From contig NC_043002.1 of NCBI RefSeq assembly GCF_006345805.1, forward strand, positions 48,236,001 through 48,300,000: 64,000 bases of DNA, read 5' to 3'. The notes beneath the pieces are model-generated. The model worked only from the letters and a program-made list of their open reading frames with translations. It did not search any database and was not told where the DNA came from. Within the stretch, counting starts at the first letter, position 1. Every line of letters begins with the position of its first letter. This DNA is from Octopus sinensis (taxonomy: Eukaryota). The position numbers and the translations under genes were made by a program. Shown here piece after piece: positions 10,005-24,209 of this stretch.

Positions 10005-12524
10005 GAGAGAGAGAGAGGGGGGAGGGAAAAGACTTATCTGGTTATATCATTAGTTACAAGCTAATAATCTCGACTAAGCGATCCCGAGAGTTAGTTTTAA
10101 GAAATTATTATTCAAATAAAGGAAATTATTAATGATAATATACAAAATAAAATGTCTGAATTTAACTACAGCAAGGTGGTATTAATAACAATGATTTCTT
10201 GGTTTAACGGAGATTACATTTCAAATAAGCAAAGATTTCAATTGTTTTCAACAAACAAGTTAGTTATATTTGAAACAAGGAAATATAAGAAACTTCTTTG
10301 AAAGACGATGATCATATCAAAGAGGGATTATATAACATCTGAAATTCATATTATCTTACTTAACCAGTCGAGAAGGGAGGGAATTTATGTGATGTGTACG
10401 TTTAAAAGCAAGGTTGTGAGGTCTTGAATTGAACACTTTAACCCATCATATCGATTTTCCACTGTCTACATAAAATTCACCGTCGATAACATTGCTTCTT
10501 ACATAAGCCTTACATTTTGTTGAGAGAAATTGTGGGACTGAGTGACATTTATGCATTACTTAAAAGCATTAAGAATGTAAGACAATGGAAGTAGTTCTCG
10601 CTTTAATAAAAGTGAGTAGTGGACACGGTTTGTTGAAAGCTTCCTGTTCAACAGACAAGCAAATAATAAGGTAAAGTGAAAGAAATTGTGTAGCGAATAT
10701 TCTTGATATATAGAAGGAGATAAATAAGTTAGTGGCATGTTATTGGAAAATAAAATCTATTTGAAAGAATCAGAAGTATGTAGAATAGAGGAAAATATTG
10801 TCAATGACTTGAAAAGGAAGTTGAAAATGCCAAGTTCTGAATTTGAGAGGATTTTCAGTATCGTAATGAACTGACGAAATAATGAATGCCATAACTTTCA
10901 AAGAGTACAAAGCAACTAAGGCTGAAATGGCGAAAGGACAAAACAAAGACAAGTGTTTAAAAGATCAAATAAAATGTGTTATTGATGACTAAGCTGTAAT
11001 TTTCAATACGGGAAAAAGTTTTTCAGTCGTTATAGACACCTTAAAGACATTGAATAAGTTGGAGGTAGTATTGCACGAGCACAGATTACATATATAGGAC
11101 ACAAGGAACAGATTGTCGTTTGTCACCTTGCTTCCTGGAAACGATGTTAAAATACATTAATAATAAGCTGGTATTTGTGGTAATAGTTTGGGCAACGAGA
11201 GGAATAATTGAAACACATTGAAAGTAATTTAAAACTAAATGAGATACAGGTTCACACTGTAAAAATAAAGAGCAAATATGCTTAGATTGTGGCTATTACA
11301 TTGCCAAAGAAATTCTTTGTAACATTATGAGATGACAAAATGTCTCCTTCGCGTAGTTTCCAAAGAAAATGTTTACATCTGTAGTAAAAATTTGATGTTA
11401 AAAATGGAGAAGGGAAAGAGGAAGAGAAAAAGAGAGAGAGAGAGAGCGAGAGAGAAGAGGGGAAGATAGAGGTGGAGAGAGATAAGCATCTAATATCAGT
11501 GTTTTTGCATGATGCGTCACTATCAAGAGCAATAATCAAAAGGTGATTAGTCCTGCTGATTTCAAAAACTGTCGATAGCTCTCACGATATCTGGACATCT
11601 CCTATAATCAACAGAAACATTTTATTTGATTTTAAGATTCATGAAAAGAAAGTAATGCAATTTAGAGCTTAACACTTGCGTATGGCGACATAAAAAGAAT
11701 ATTGATTCCTAACATTAGTATTAATATTTGTTTTTGACAAATAGAGCCAAAGTTAAGACAATATAAATTATCTGCCGAGCTTTCAGCTATTTCCATGATA
11801 GAATTGCTTGAGAGTAAAAGGACACAATGGAGTAGTTTCCGGTTATTTTATGGTTGCTTTATCATACATTAGCCTGATCCAGCAGACCTATGTTCAAAGA
11901 CTTTACATATGTATCCGTGCCATTTTTATTCAAAGTTTATTCGGGACTGTATTTTTCAACATACCACTTTTTTAAAGATATGAAGTTGCTCATATTAGTA
12001 CGAATTTAGGCAGTTACTCGGCTTGCAAGAAATAGTAGCCAAACTACCTGACCGCTTAAAAAACAGGGAGAATCACGTAGATACATTGTATGTAAATATA
12101 AAACGGTCGGTAATTATTAAAATACTTTCTCGATCAGAACCAACCTGAAGTTAAATAATACCAACAGTAATACCCACATTGACTGACAGATGCCACATAG
12201 TTTTAATAGTCACCAACACGCAATTCTAGTTAAGGAGAGCTATTGTTGACAGAATTGTCTGGTGTCCGATTGTCAACCAAAGGGTCAATGTGGTTAACAA
12301 ACAGAAACACTGTGTATTTTGACGTTTGTTTCCTTAGTTTGTAGTACTGTGTTTAGGTATGATTAGCTTGACGGACGGTAAAATGATTAGGCTGAATTAT
12401 CTTGTGTATTTAGTCAAATTTATTTCTTCAGAATCCTCTCCAACTTTAAACAGTGTACGACTCTGTCGTCTACCCCTATATCTAGCCTGCCTAGCATAAG
12501 CCAATGTAAACACATAATAAACAA

Positions 12525-12645
12525 GGTTGTATGGTTAAGAAGTCCACTCGGAGGTTATATGGTTTCGAGTTCCGACCAACACCTAATGAGTGAATTTAAT
12601 ACACACATATACACGCATAAGAACACATGCGTATGTATATGTATG

Positions 12646-12679
<34 letters not shown>

Positions 12680-12900
12680 TGTATGTATGTATGTATGTAT
12701 GTATGTATGTATGTATGTATGTATATGTATGCATGTGTAGTGTAATTTCTTGCGTGTTTGTATGTCGCAGTAACTTGTCTTTGCGAGACATCAATTAACA
12801 ATAGGGTTTTGTCGTAACTTAGCGGTACAGTAAATTAGAGCCGGTAAAATAAGTACTGAACTTAAAAGAATAAGTATTGGGATCGATTTGATCGGCCCCA
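12525..12900 (+). mobile_element. Degenerate SINE family B with expanded (TATG)n
   Basis: Head gtatggttaagaag...ggtttcgagttcc; 3' part taacttagcggt...aataagtactg...aataagtattgggatcgatttg. Confidence 0.5.
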
Positions 12901-14218
12901 GTTCTTACTTTTAATATTTGATATTCGCTAATATCTTAATAAAACACGAACTTTACAACTTATTTATTATTTTCCCCTAAAACAGAGGAAATTTCCGGCT
13001 ATTCAAAAGAAATCAGCATTTTTCAGACATTCTATGCATTTCGAAATACAATTTTACTCATATGTTATTCGATATTTACTAATCAGTAACATAAATCAAT
13101 ATTTATTGAATGATTGTTTTTATGTATACATTCCTGAACTCTGAACGTGACTTATCTCAGTTTAGTTTTGCTGAAACATATCTTACTGAACACAATGCAT
13201 ATTTCTTTTACCACTTGCGAATATCGCTCAAAGGAGTATGTGTTTTATACAAACTCTATTGCCTTACACCGTTGTATTAACTAAGGATTAGCATCACATT
13301 ATATTTAGCTATTGATATAAGTTTTACCTACGATTTTTCTCTTCAGTCTATGTGTGCTGAAATCAAGACGGTTTTAATTGAATCGGTTTCGATAACATTT
13401 TTGAACTAGTCTGAAACGTAATATATAAGCGTAGAGGTCACTGTGAAATAATCAATCAGTCTTTAAAAGGAAAAAATATTTGAAATAAATATGAAACTGC
13501 TCCATCAAATAATAAAATGAAATACTGAAGTGCTATGCAGTAAAAAGAAAAAAATATAATCTCAAATTTTATATTTTAAAAACTATGCTTATTATTTCTT
13601 TAAAAATATTATTGGTTTGATTAATGAGTTTAATCTATTTGAAAACATCAATGTATATTGGATCTCAACCATTTATCCCTTGAAGATACTTAAAGCCAGA
13701 TGATATTACAATGTTTTGTAAAATATTCAGAAGATTAGGCCTACTTCTATATAGCTTTTCCCCGAGCAGATGACACGTTGTTTATCAAAACTCTAAAACA
13801 AAATTGACCTTTTATAGAAGTCAGAGCATTCACTGTACCTTTTTGATTTTAGTTTCTGACATTTTTTGATATTTACGGCTTTAACCTTGACCTGCTCTAC
13901 ATAACCAGCTCTAGGTTAATCTCTTAATTGTCTTATTTTACCTTGTGTTAACATTTTTCGTTCATGTGGAAGGAATATGTATATGTGTATATGTATAGAT
14001 ATGTCGGCGTTATTTGTTATTTCAAGAAAAATTCGTAACTTTCCAATCTACGAAAGTTTAAGCCGCAGTAATTTTGATATTAAGAGCTTTTGGAGTAGTT
14101 ATTTAGTTATTCACATTATTACAAAGGGTAAGTGGAGAGGTATTGTCAAAGCTTGATGCTAAAATTGTGAGTAGGAATATGAATAGCTGAAAAGGATCCC
14201 CTCCCCACTCTCTATATA

Positions 14219-14269
<51 letters not shown>

Positions 14270-14411
14270 TAATATATATATATATATATATACATACATA
14301 CATACATACATACATACATACATACATACATGAATACGTACACAGGCATATAAGTATGTATGAATGCATGTATATATATATATATATATTATATATATGC
14401 ATGTATGTATG

Positions 14412-14486
<75 letters not shown>

Positions 14487-14618
14487 ATATATATACGCAA
14501 ATTTCATAACAACATATATTCAAAAGAAATATTTTCATGAATTGAACAGCGACTGCCACCATCAAGTGTGGGGGGTCAGCGCAGCTGACCATTCAACAGA
14601 TTACATGGCACTCTCACA

Positions 14619-14717
14619 TTCTTCTTCTTCTCCTTCTTCTTCTTCTTCTTCTTCTTCTTCTTCTTCTTCTTCTTCTTCTTCTTCTTCTTCTTCTTCTTCT
14701 TCTTCTTCTTCTTCTTC
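14619..14717. repeat. (TTC)n microsatellite
   Basis: Seen directly. Confidence 0.95.
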
Positions 14718-15019
14718 ATCCCTACCAAGAATTCACAGCGACCTCGAACCCACAAGAGTAAACAAGAGAGACAGAGACAGGCAGAAACAAGGAAAATGCC
14801 ACTTGTATTTGAACACTATACAAATATTCTTTTAAAAAAACTTTTCTTTTAATTTTTCTAAATTTAATTGTTTAATTGTCACAGTTGAAAAATCACAATA
14901 ACTGAAACCGGTACTGAAATGTTTTTTATAGAATTATTTTAGCATTTTCTATCTTGACTTTTTTTCCATATATATATTATATATATATATATATATAATA
15001 TATATATATAATATATATA

Positions 15020-15062
<43 letters not shown>

Positions 15063-15081
15063 ATATATAATATATATAATA

Positions 15082-15116
<35 letters not shown>

Positions 15117-15118
<2 letters not shown>

Positions 15119-15968
15119 AGGGCTACCCAGAAGAAACCAGAATTTTGCAATATTATTTTATTCACTTAGTTTTACATGTTTACATTTATATCACCTTCAA
15201 AGTATTCTCCATTTGAAGCAATGCATGGTCCATGCTCGTTTTCCACTATTAAAAGCCCTGCTGGACTCTTGCGAAGTAATGAGTTTTAAAGCCTCCGTCA
15301 TGTTTTTCTTCACCCCTTCCACATCTGCAAATTCCATAGCTCCAGCTTTAGTCACCTGTGATGACTTTCGAAAACCGGTCCGGTTCCACTTCCAACTGTT
15401 CCTTCAGTTCACGACACGCATTCAGTCGTGACTGCTTTTTATCTTCCATGAGCAAGAGAGGCACAAATTTTGCTGCTGCTCTTTACATTCGCAACTCTTC
15501 GCTCAAAATTCGTTGCTAGGAACTCCAGGACACACTAGCCATATTCTCAGGCTCGTGAATTTTTCGGTGACGGTCTTCCAAGATCAGTTTATGAATTTTC
15601 TTGATGTCTTCAGTTGGTCGACAATCGTTCAGAACGAGGCTGGAATAATCACGAGCGACAAGTAACTATTCCAAAGCGTGGAAATCACTCGTAAACTTGT
15701 GTTTTGCACATGATAGCGTCCTTGTAAGCTGTTTGAAGCATGAGAAGTATTCCGGCCGCCGTTTTTCCCCAGCAGAAAACAATTCGTTTCAGCCATAGCA
15801 AAAATGGACGAACAGGGGAGAAGTACCGCCAAACAAAGAAGTCTCACGTGGCAGTAAGACTTCACTCGACGACACCAGTCGACAGACTGATTCCTGAGGG
15901 TTGCATCAAGTGTTTTCAACGGGTTTTTTCCACAGAGAACGTTTCCGGTTGCTTTTGGGTACCCTTGG
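15117..15968 (-). mobile_element. Internally deleted mariner (DD34D-type) transposon in a (TA)n array
   Basis: Terminal repeats tgagggctacccagaagaaacc and (minus strand) ccaagggtacccaaaagcaacc. Coding relic: MAE...CFLLGK helix-turn-helix start, EQLEVEPDRFSKVITGD*SWSYG, then directly FADVEGVKKNMTEAL...CIASNGEYFEGD. Confidence 0.85.
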
Positions 15969-15999
<31 letters not shown>

Positions 16000-17589
16000 G
16001 CATATATGCATACATGTTTATTATATATACACGTATATACACACATATATACATTCCAATTTATACACATACATATATATGCGTGTTTGCGAATGTATGT
16101 GTGTGTATGTGTGTGTATGCGTATATATATAATATTCATTTGTGCATATGAATACACACACACACACATATATATAGATAGATAGATACATGCATACAAA
16201 TATATGTACCTACTTATGTATATAAACACACACGCACATACACACACACAGACACATATATTTATATGTAAACACGTATATATAAATGCAGTACATGTAA
16301 TTCAATTGATATTCCTATAAATACAGTAGACATATCGAATAAAAAATGTAGTTATATCTAACAAATTAAATTTAAAGTTTAAATGCGTATGCGATATATT
16401 TCTCAATCATCTTTATTTTTCATGCTCCCAGACTACCAGTCTGTCAATATATTATGTAGGAAAACCAAACAAATTCAGAATAAATTGTCCTTGATGAGAA
16501 ACTGCCGTTGCCAAAATGTGAGATAATATCTTGGAGCAGTTTCTTACGATCAATAAGAATACGCTGTCTTGCAGTTTCTCTGCTCTATGCCGAAAATATA
16601 TTTCATCACTTCGTTTCAAGAGCCCTGTGATGTGTTCAGCATTACATATCTGTTGATTCTCTCTCCAAATACCATTTATTTCCAACTTCTTTCTTTACTT
16701 TTAATTTATCGCTGATCAATAACGCAAGTTATTTAGAGTGCCACTAAAAGTAAGAAAATAAAAAAGAACGAATAAAAGAAATATACATCTTGCATATAAT
16801 TTTAGTTAAGTGTATGTGCTATCACAGATAATGAAAATTTAGTACAATTTTGCACCTACGTGAATTTATGTGACCAGATTATCGTCGTTCATTTTACAGT
16901 TGTATATACTTTGCTGGTTTTCAGAAACGGAATTCCAAATGCGATTTCAATGATTAGTTTAAATAACCCGAGAAACTTTCCAAATGACTGGGCAAAGAGG
17001 CTTGGAGAAATAATTTGAAATAATGCCGTTGTCAGGTGTCAGATTCACTCATAAATTAGCAGGTATTGTTAGAAATTAGATCAAGATCTTGTAGTTTTAC
17101 TAATATCTAATAGTCGACAAATTTAACTTCGACATGCAGGTAGTATAGCGATATACTTTTCTCGTTATACTACCTTGCAACTAGCTGGGTTGAATATGGA
17201 CATACTCGTGCATACATGTACACGTATGCCAGAATATATAATTTCTTGCTCATGTAAACGTACACAGTTTTGTAAGGGCTGCTAAAAGCCTTGTACTGCA
17301 TAGGAGCTCAAAAGCCGCAGTCGAAAGCAGTATTTCTTTATTAGTTAATGACAGTCTTCTTCGAACAAGGAAGGCAACCATCACATATGTGTGTGTGTGT
17401 ACACTTTCTTTTTTTAAGCTTTCACGGAATTTTCATGTGTTCCTATACGTACTGCAAACAAAGATTTATTGACTTCCTTGTTGATTAGCGAACACAGCCT
17501 TGAAAAGATGTATGCGATCACAGAAACTGAAGACCAAGCATACCTCACCTGCTTCAAAAATTGTGGTTGTTCGTGTAGATGGCATAAAT

Positions 17590-17785
17590 TCTGCATGGGA
17601 ATTGTACTCTTGAAAAAAGTATCCCTTCACTCTTTTACCTGTTTTCTCCATTCGTAGAAATCATTAAGCTTATGGAATGCTTTCAAGGAGTGTTTCACAC
17701 AGTCCTTAAATCATGTCCTTGGTTTGTGATAACGGTGCTTTCCGCATAGAAGCTCACTATACAACGTTTTTTCATTCATTCCAAC
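17590..17785 (-). mobile_element. RTE-clade LINE C-terminal relic
   Basis: EKTLYSELLCGKHRYHKPRT*FKDCVKHSLKAF...EWRKQV matches the RTE LYGEL..GKR..G.P..RFKD..K..LK motif. Confidence 0.65.
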
Positions 17786-20321
17786 GTACATATAGATATA
17801 TAAATATGTGTATGCATGTACTTCTGCGTATGTGTGAGTCTGTGTGCGTGTGTGTGTGTATACGTATAACAATTCATACGTACATAGACATACACTTAAA
17901 AAATATAGGTAGAGATCTATATATTGCATACTTAATGTATAAATGCTATCGTTAGGCCAGTTACTGCAGTATTTGTCTTAGAATAACTTATCTTATGGAG
18001 TTGCTATGTCAAGAACACTATAAATATCAGAGACAAAAATCTGTCTCAGCAGTGGTCAATGAGGGTGCCTAATGAATTTCGGCTTTCTTGAGCCATATCA
18101 ATGGTACGCATTCGCGGCAGACCACATGCTTGAAATAAAATTCTGCCTCTCTGATATAGGAAAAAAATTCAAAAAAAGTTTAATATCTGATGTTGCGAAT
18201 AGCCTCCCTGTTGATTAAAAGTCTACGATACGCAACTGAGGCAGAATTGAATTAGAATGGTCATCTATAAAGCATAGTCAATGTATACATACTGGCGATA
18301 GTCCAATTACTGCAGTATTTGTCCTGCAATAATATCTCTTAATGACTTGCTGTTTTAAAAATACAGTAAATGTCAGAGAGGGGCGAAAGTTCGTCCTAGC
18401 AATATGCCGGATTTTTAATCGACAGGGTGGTTATTTGCAACATACTTCTTCTATACCAAAGATGACGAACTCTCGTTGGAATATGTGACTGGCTGCGAGT
18501 GCACGCAATTGAAAAATTCCAAATTCCGGAATACATCTGGCGCTCTCGAAGGCCGCTGCAGGAACGAATATTCGTTTCTCTTTAATATTTATTGAGCTTT
18601 TTATACAGTAAGTCCATAAGAGATATTATCTCTGGACAACCACTGTAGTAAGTGGCCTTAGTATATGGTATACATGGCTATTCTAAATAAGTACTGCCAC
18701 ATTTGTGTATACTGTGTGTGTGTGTGTACGTAAGAAGTCGAAGAATTATTGTGGCACAACTTAAGTACTAGTTACAATCTTTCCGAGCTGCTCTGTTTCA
18801 CACGCCATTGAATGTATGTGATTCCATGTGAAAAATTACGCAGTGTAAGGAGCTGATGATTTTGGACTAGCATCAAGTCGTGCGTTTTTATATGGTGCAA
18901 TGGAAATGTCACCGATTTGCTACTCTGTCAGAACGTACACCATATATAAATATATACATATCTATGTACGTACATATACACATGCACACACACACAAGCA
19001 CACACACGCAAACGCATACACACATGTATATATTCATATGTGATATACGTACATACACACATATAAACATACAAACATAGGTATAAAATGTATGTATGTA
19101 TATACGTATGTATGTGTGTATATGTAAGTGTGTGTGCATGTGTGTGTGTGTGTATCTGATTTTATGTCTATGTATGTATTTTGGTATTGAATGTGAAAGA
19201 TAGAAGTTTTTGTATATTTAGATTAATTGTTCTATTTCATTAATTAATTATCTATTTATTTTTGAGAGGAAATAATTCTTGACACTAATTTATCGAGACA
19301 TTTTAAATGTGACATTTATCACCAATATATCAAATTGCACGTTAATTTTAGTTTTTGATTGAGCATATGTATTCACTTGAATGTGCAAACAAAAATATTG
19401 AAAAATTTTATCGAATTTATCAAAAAATTAGAAAAATACATATATCATAAGATCGACGGCTTAGTATCGAAAGTGTTGCAGTGATAAATATAGTGCACTG
19501 TTCCTCGGTACTTTAAAATCTATAAAAGAATAGAAAAGAGAAAGAAACAACCAGATAGAAAAAATTCTAGCAGAGTAGTTTGGCTGCTAAAATCAAATTA
19601 CTTGAAAGGTATGAATATGCCATTGTATGGTTAACGCATTTTCTGAACACCAACATCCACCCCCACACACATCCAATCATCCTTCCATCCATCCATCCAT
19701 CCATCCATCCATCCATCCATCCGCCTACTCTTCCATCCATATATATATGTATACGTACACACACACACACACACAAACATGTATGTATGTATGTATGTAT
19801 GTATGTATGTATGTATGTTTGTATGTATGTACATATGTATGTATGCATGGTGTATGTTTCTTAAACATATTGCGGGAGATATGGATACTGCAGTACCACT
19901 CCCACAAAGGGGCTGTCGGCAGTCCATACAGTGCAAGGCTTCTGATCGTGTCTATCTTTCAAAAGCGAGGTTGTTTAGTCTCGACCGGAGTCACGTTACT
20001 TATCATACTGAAATACAACTCCGGTTGATTTTTCGTATGACCTGAGGGTAGATTAAAACGCAAACTCAAATTATGTCACTCAACTGAATAAACGCTATCG
20101 GATAAAATGAAATGCGCAACTTATTGGATGACTTGCAAGTTGCGAGGTGGACTAAAATGTCATCTCAAAAGTCGGAATCGACAATTATGCCAAGACCTAT
20201 TTTCAATGTTCAGGAAGCGTTTGTAGCCAGATACTAGCTGAAACCCATCACATACGCATACGCATACACACGGACACACATGCATATACACATCTGATTA
20301 TGTATGAATATAAATGTGTTT

Positions 20322-20382
<61 letters not shown>

Positions 20383-20383
20383 G

Positions 20384-20420
<37 letters not shown>

Positions 20421-20432
20421 AAAATGTATAAA

Positions 20433-20620
20433 CGAGTAGGTGCCGAAAAGTTCCCGGCTTTGTTTAAAAGAAAATACAGGAGGTGGCTTAATTATGATTG
20501 TATTCAACATATTCCTCTCCCACATTCACACACTTATTGCTGCAGTCCTTCAGTTTTTCTAAGCCTTGTAAAAGAATTCGGAAGGGTTTGCCTCCAGCCA
20601 GGCCTTTCGCGATACCCTTA
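20433..20620 (-). mobile_element. Mariner-derived MITE, one terminus only
   Basis: TIR-like cgagtaggtgccgaaaagttcccggcttt; minus strand encodes a mariner-like C-terminal ...[13 protein letters not shown] remnant. Confidence 0.55.
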
Positions 20621-20744
20621 AACAAGGAAAATTTCACCATCATCTTGTATATCTGTGTATGTATGTATGTATATATGTATGTATGTATGTTATGTATGTG
20701 TGTATATATATGTATATATATATGTGTATATATATGTGTACATA

Positions 20745-20781
<37 letters not shown>

Positions 20782-20825
20782 ATATATATAATATATATAT
20801 ATATATATATCTATATATCTATATA

Positions 20826-20860
<35 letters not shown>

Positions 20861-20865
<5 letters not shown>

Positions 20866-22164
20866 TAAAAGAATAGAACATATACATATATATAAACATA
20901 TATGTACGTACCTACCTCTACATGTACATATACACGCATATATGTGTACAGGACACCAAAAAGACGTCGAACACATGGAGAGACGAAAAACATAGACACA
21001 AACCAAGGAACAGGACAAGAAAAAAAGGGGAGTACAGGACAATTAGCACAACGAAAAAACCCCTTCTTCAGTCGCTAAGGTTTCATCTACTCTACGTTTC
21101 GAAGGATAAAAGCGAGACGTATCTTCGAAGAAACTTCCTTCCTGCGAAAAGCAAATCAATTAAAATTCTGAGATCTTTTCGCAGAGGGGTAAAAAATGGT
21201 AAAAAAAGCAAGACGGTAACGACAGTACAAACATATAAACAGTAAAAAAAAGATATATAAACAGTCGAAAAATAAATATATAACAGTAAGAGACAGGACA
21301 AGGAGAACAAGATAAGAAGGGCTGTTTACGCCAGACGAAAAAAGTATTGCAAACGCTGGATTATAGTGGACGACGAGAGAGCAGGAATGTCGACCAGTAG
21401 CCTTAGAAGGCGGGCGAGAAAAGACAGGATAGCAGTTACGACGGAAGTATCGTCGCAGATGGACGACGGGAATGGGGGAGGAGGAGCAAGAGGAAGGGAG
21501 AAAAGAAGGGGAATGGTGCGAGGAGACCATGAAGAATGGTGAGGGGGAGAGAGAGAATGAAGAATGAGAGAGAGAGGAAGAGACAAGTTAAGTGAGGGAA
21601 AAAAGACGAAAAGGGGAATGGGATAGAAAGAAAGAAAGATGCAGAGTCGCGTGAGAGTTAATATCAAGGCTAACTTGATAAACAGAACAATCTTACTTAA
21701 GAGGGTGCGTGCGTTCAGTCGTATAATATATTAATAAAAGAATAGAACATATGCATATATATAAACATATATGTACGTACCTACCTCTACATGTACATAT
21801 ACACGCATATATGTGTACAGGACACCAAAAACACGTCGAACACATGGAGAGACGAAAAACATAGACACAAACCAAGGAACAGGACAAGAAAAAAAGGGGA
21901 GTACAGGACAATTAGCACAACGAAAAAACCCCTTCTTCAGTCGCTAAGGTTTCATCTACTCTACGTTTCGAAGGATAAAAGCGAGACGTATCTTCGAAGA
22001 AACTTCCTACCTGCGAAAAGCAAATCAATTAAAATTCTGAGATCTTTTCGCAGAGGGGTAAAAAATGGTAAAAAAAGCAAGACGGTAACGACAGTACAAG
22101 CATATAAACAGTAAAAAAAAGATATATAAACAGTGGGAAAATAATATATAACTGTAAGAGACAG
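20861..22164 (-). repeat. Partial tandem repeat, 869 bp period (LTR-like ends 20861-21296 and 21730-22164)
   Basis: ORFs 20922/21791 and 20827/21693 are near-identical; two ~435 bp direct repeats flank a purine-rich 433 bp segment with no recognisable protein. Confidence 0.9.
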
Positions 22165-22170
22165 TATATA

Positions 22171-22266
<96 letters not shown>

Positions 22267-22664
22267 AGTGTGTATATGTATATATGTATACACATATAGA
22301 TAGATGCAGCATTGCAGTGTTGAGCTTTCATTTTCACTGTTCGATAGTAACGTATATGTACACACACACACACACATCTTGTTGTGTTTGGGGAGAGTCA
22401 TACTGCCTTAATATCTAACACAATCACTGGTTCAATTTCCACTGATTTATTATTATTAATTTTTTTACGTCTCCCGAAAAAGGAACGCAGCTCCGAAAAC
22501 GGACAGAGTCGGCATCCATTGACAAGACTGCAAAGGCAACGAACATTTTTGAAGACAAAAAAAAATGATAAATCAGTGGAACCTGTGAGTGTGTTAGATA
22601 TTAAGGCAGTTTGTTTCAACATGCGAAAATTCACATGAAGAATCTTGCAAACCAAATGCAAATA

Positions 22665-22700
<36 letters not shown>

Positions 22701-22702
<2 letters not shown>

Positions 22703-23747
22703 TAGCTGTTGTACCCAGTGTTGCACGTGTTTTCCGTGTTGAAGAAGTTAAGCCTACCTCTGACCTCGTATTGAAATCTTCTACGTTCCCCGTAACAACT
22801 ATTACCCATTAAGATGTTATATCTGGTTCGGCAGTGATTTTACCCGGTTAACGATTTCAACATACTCCTATATACTGGGCCGTCTGAAATCGCAAACTTT
22901 TGGGTGCACCTCGACCCGTTGTGAGTGATGTTTGTTTATTTCTCTCCCTTTAATGCCACCCTCTATACAAAATTGATCTGTGTGTCTAATCTCAGCAAAA
23001 TCCGAAGAAAAGTGTTAAAGTTACATAATGAAATAGAATCCATGTGACCAGTTACATGGAAATATCCCATTGACTTTAAAATCCCAATACATAATATGAA
23101 TAATCAACGTTTCATTTGTCGAAGTGCTTAATTTTACTCATGGGTCAATTTTCTTCAAAATCAGTTCATTATATTATTTTGAGTGAATTTTGACGATTTC
23201 TGTCTTTCATCAGTTTAATTTTAATTCTACTACATTACTCCAACCACAAACTTTACCTAAATGTCAAATTTCATCAAAATTGGAAGAATTCTGTAAAAGT
23301 TACAGCATAAAATATTAATCCTATGGGTAATTGTATCCAAAAAGCCTATTGATTTCTTAAAATCCCTCGCTCACGCGCAATTATCGAATGTTTGTCAACT
23401 CTTCATGCTGGCATTAACTAATGGACAAGAACTATAATCACGTGTAAAATTTCTACAAAATCGATAAGAATGTCCCTAAGGAAATGCTTATTTGCATTTG
23501 TGCCCTTTTGAAGCCCTCTCTCACCACAAAATTTATCTACATCTCAAATTTTATTACAATCGGATAAAAAATATAAAATTTAAGGCCAAAAATAATATCC
23601 TTATGGGTATTTGCACGCAAAAAGCCTATTGATTTTATAAAACCACTGGTCAGGAGCAGTTATCGATTTTTGTCAACGCCATATACGGACATCAACTCAC
23701 TGTCATGAGCCTCGCTCACTCATCGATTTTCATCAAAATCGGACAAC
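22701..23747 (+). mobile_element. Helitron/Helentron-type non-autonomous element with ~285 bp diverged subrepeats
   Basis: Begins actagctgttgtacccagtgttgcacg after (TA)n. Three diverged units (~22980, ~23265, ~23545) share aaatttcatcaaaatcgg-like and cctattgattt motifs. The 3' end was not found. Confidence 0.5.
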
Positions 23748-24150
23748 ATGCTGAACATTTTTTGGAATCCGTTAACATCGGGTCTGGATTTCGAAAGGGA
23801 TTTTCCATTCGATCTCGAAACTGGTCCCTCTGCCTTTAAGTTTCCAGATTAAATTCGAAAGGGTTGTTGAATGTCACTGACCACGGTACCTAAAATTCGG
23901 AAGATATTTGTTATAACTAGAATCAAATTTCACTGCCACAGCTCCGATATAACGTTTGCTATCCGTGCGATCATTGTTGTAGTTCGCTGAAACTTGTGCT
24001 TCATAAGCAACGGAAGGTATATCGTACTCCTCTTCTAGAGGACACTTAGATCTGTCTCTAGATGTGCATACGGGACAGGCTTGAGTTGTCTGTCGCTTAT
24101 TGATATATGACTTAACACCGATCAAAATCGTAGCCCTGCACGCTTCTCTA
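23748..24150 (-). mobile_element. Penelope-like element GIY-YIG endonuclease relic
   Basis: C..RDRSKCPLEEE...VAYEAQV...KRYIGA...F...Y followed by SNLIWKLK...FEIEWKILSKSRP; same domain type as 29930-30389. Confidence 0.8.
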
Positions 24151-24209
24151 TCTGCCGCAAATGATTCAAGATTTTTGTAAATATAATTTAAGGCATTTCA
24201 CATTTGATT

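Noticed and set aside
10760-10960. Possible transposase relic (ERIFSIV)
   Set aside because: One short motif only; flanking residues do not fit the hATC consensus convincingly.
21040-21150. Permuted (type II) hammerhead on the minus strand of the 869 bp repeat
   Set aside because: CTGAAGA and GAAAC are present, but helix I and the U16.1 position could not be formed.
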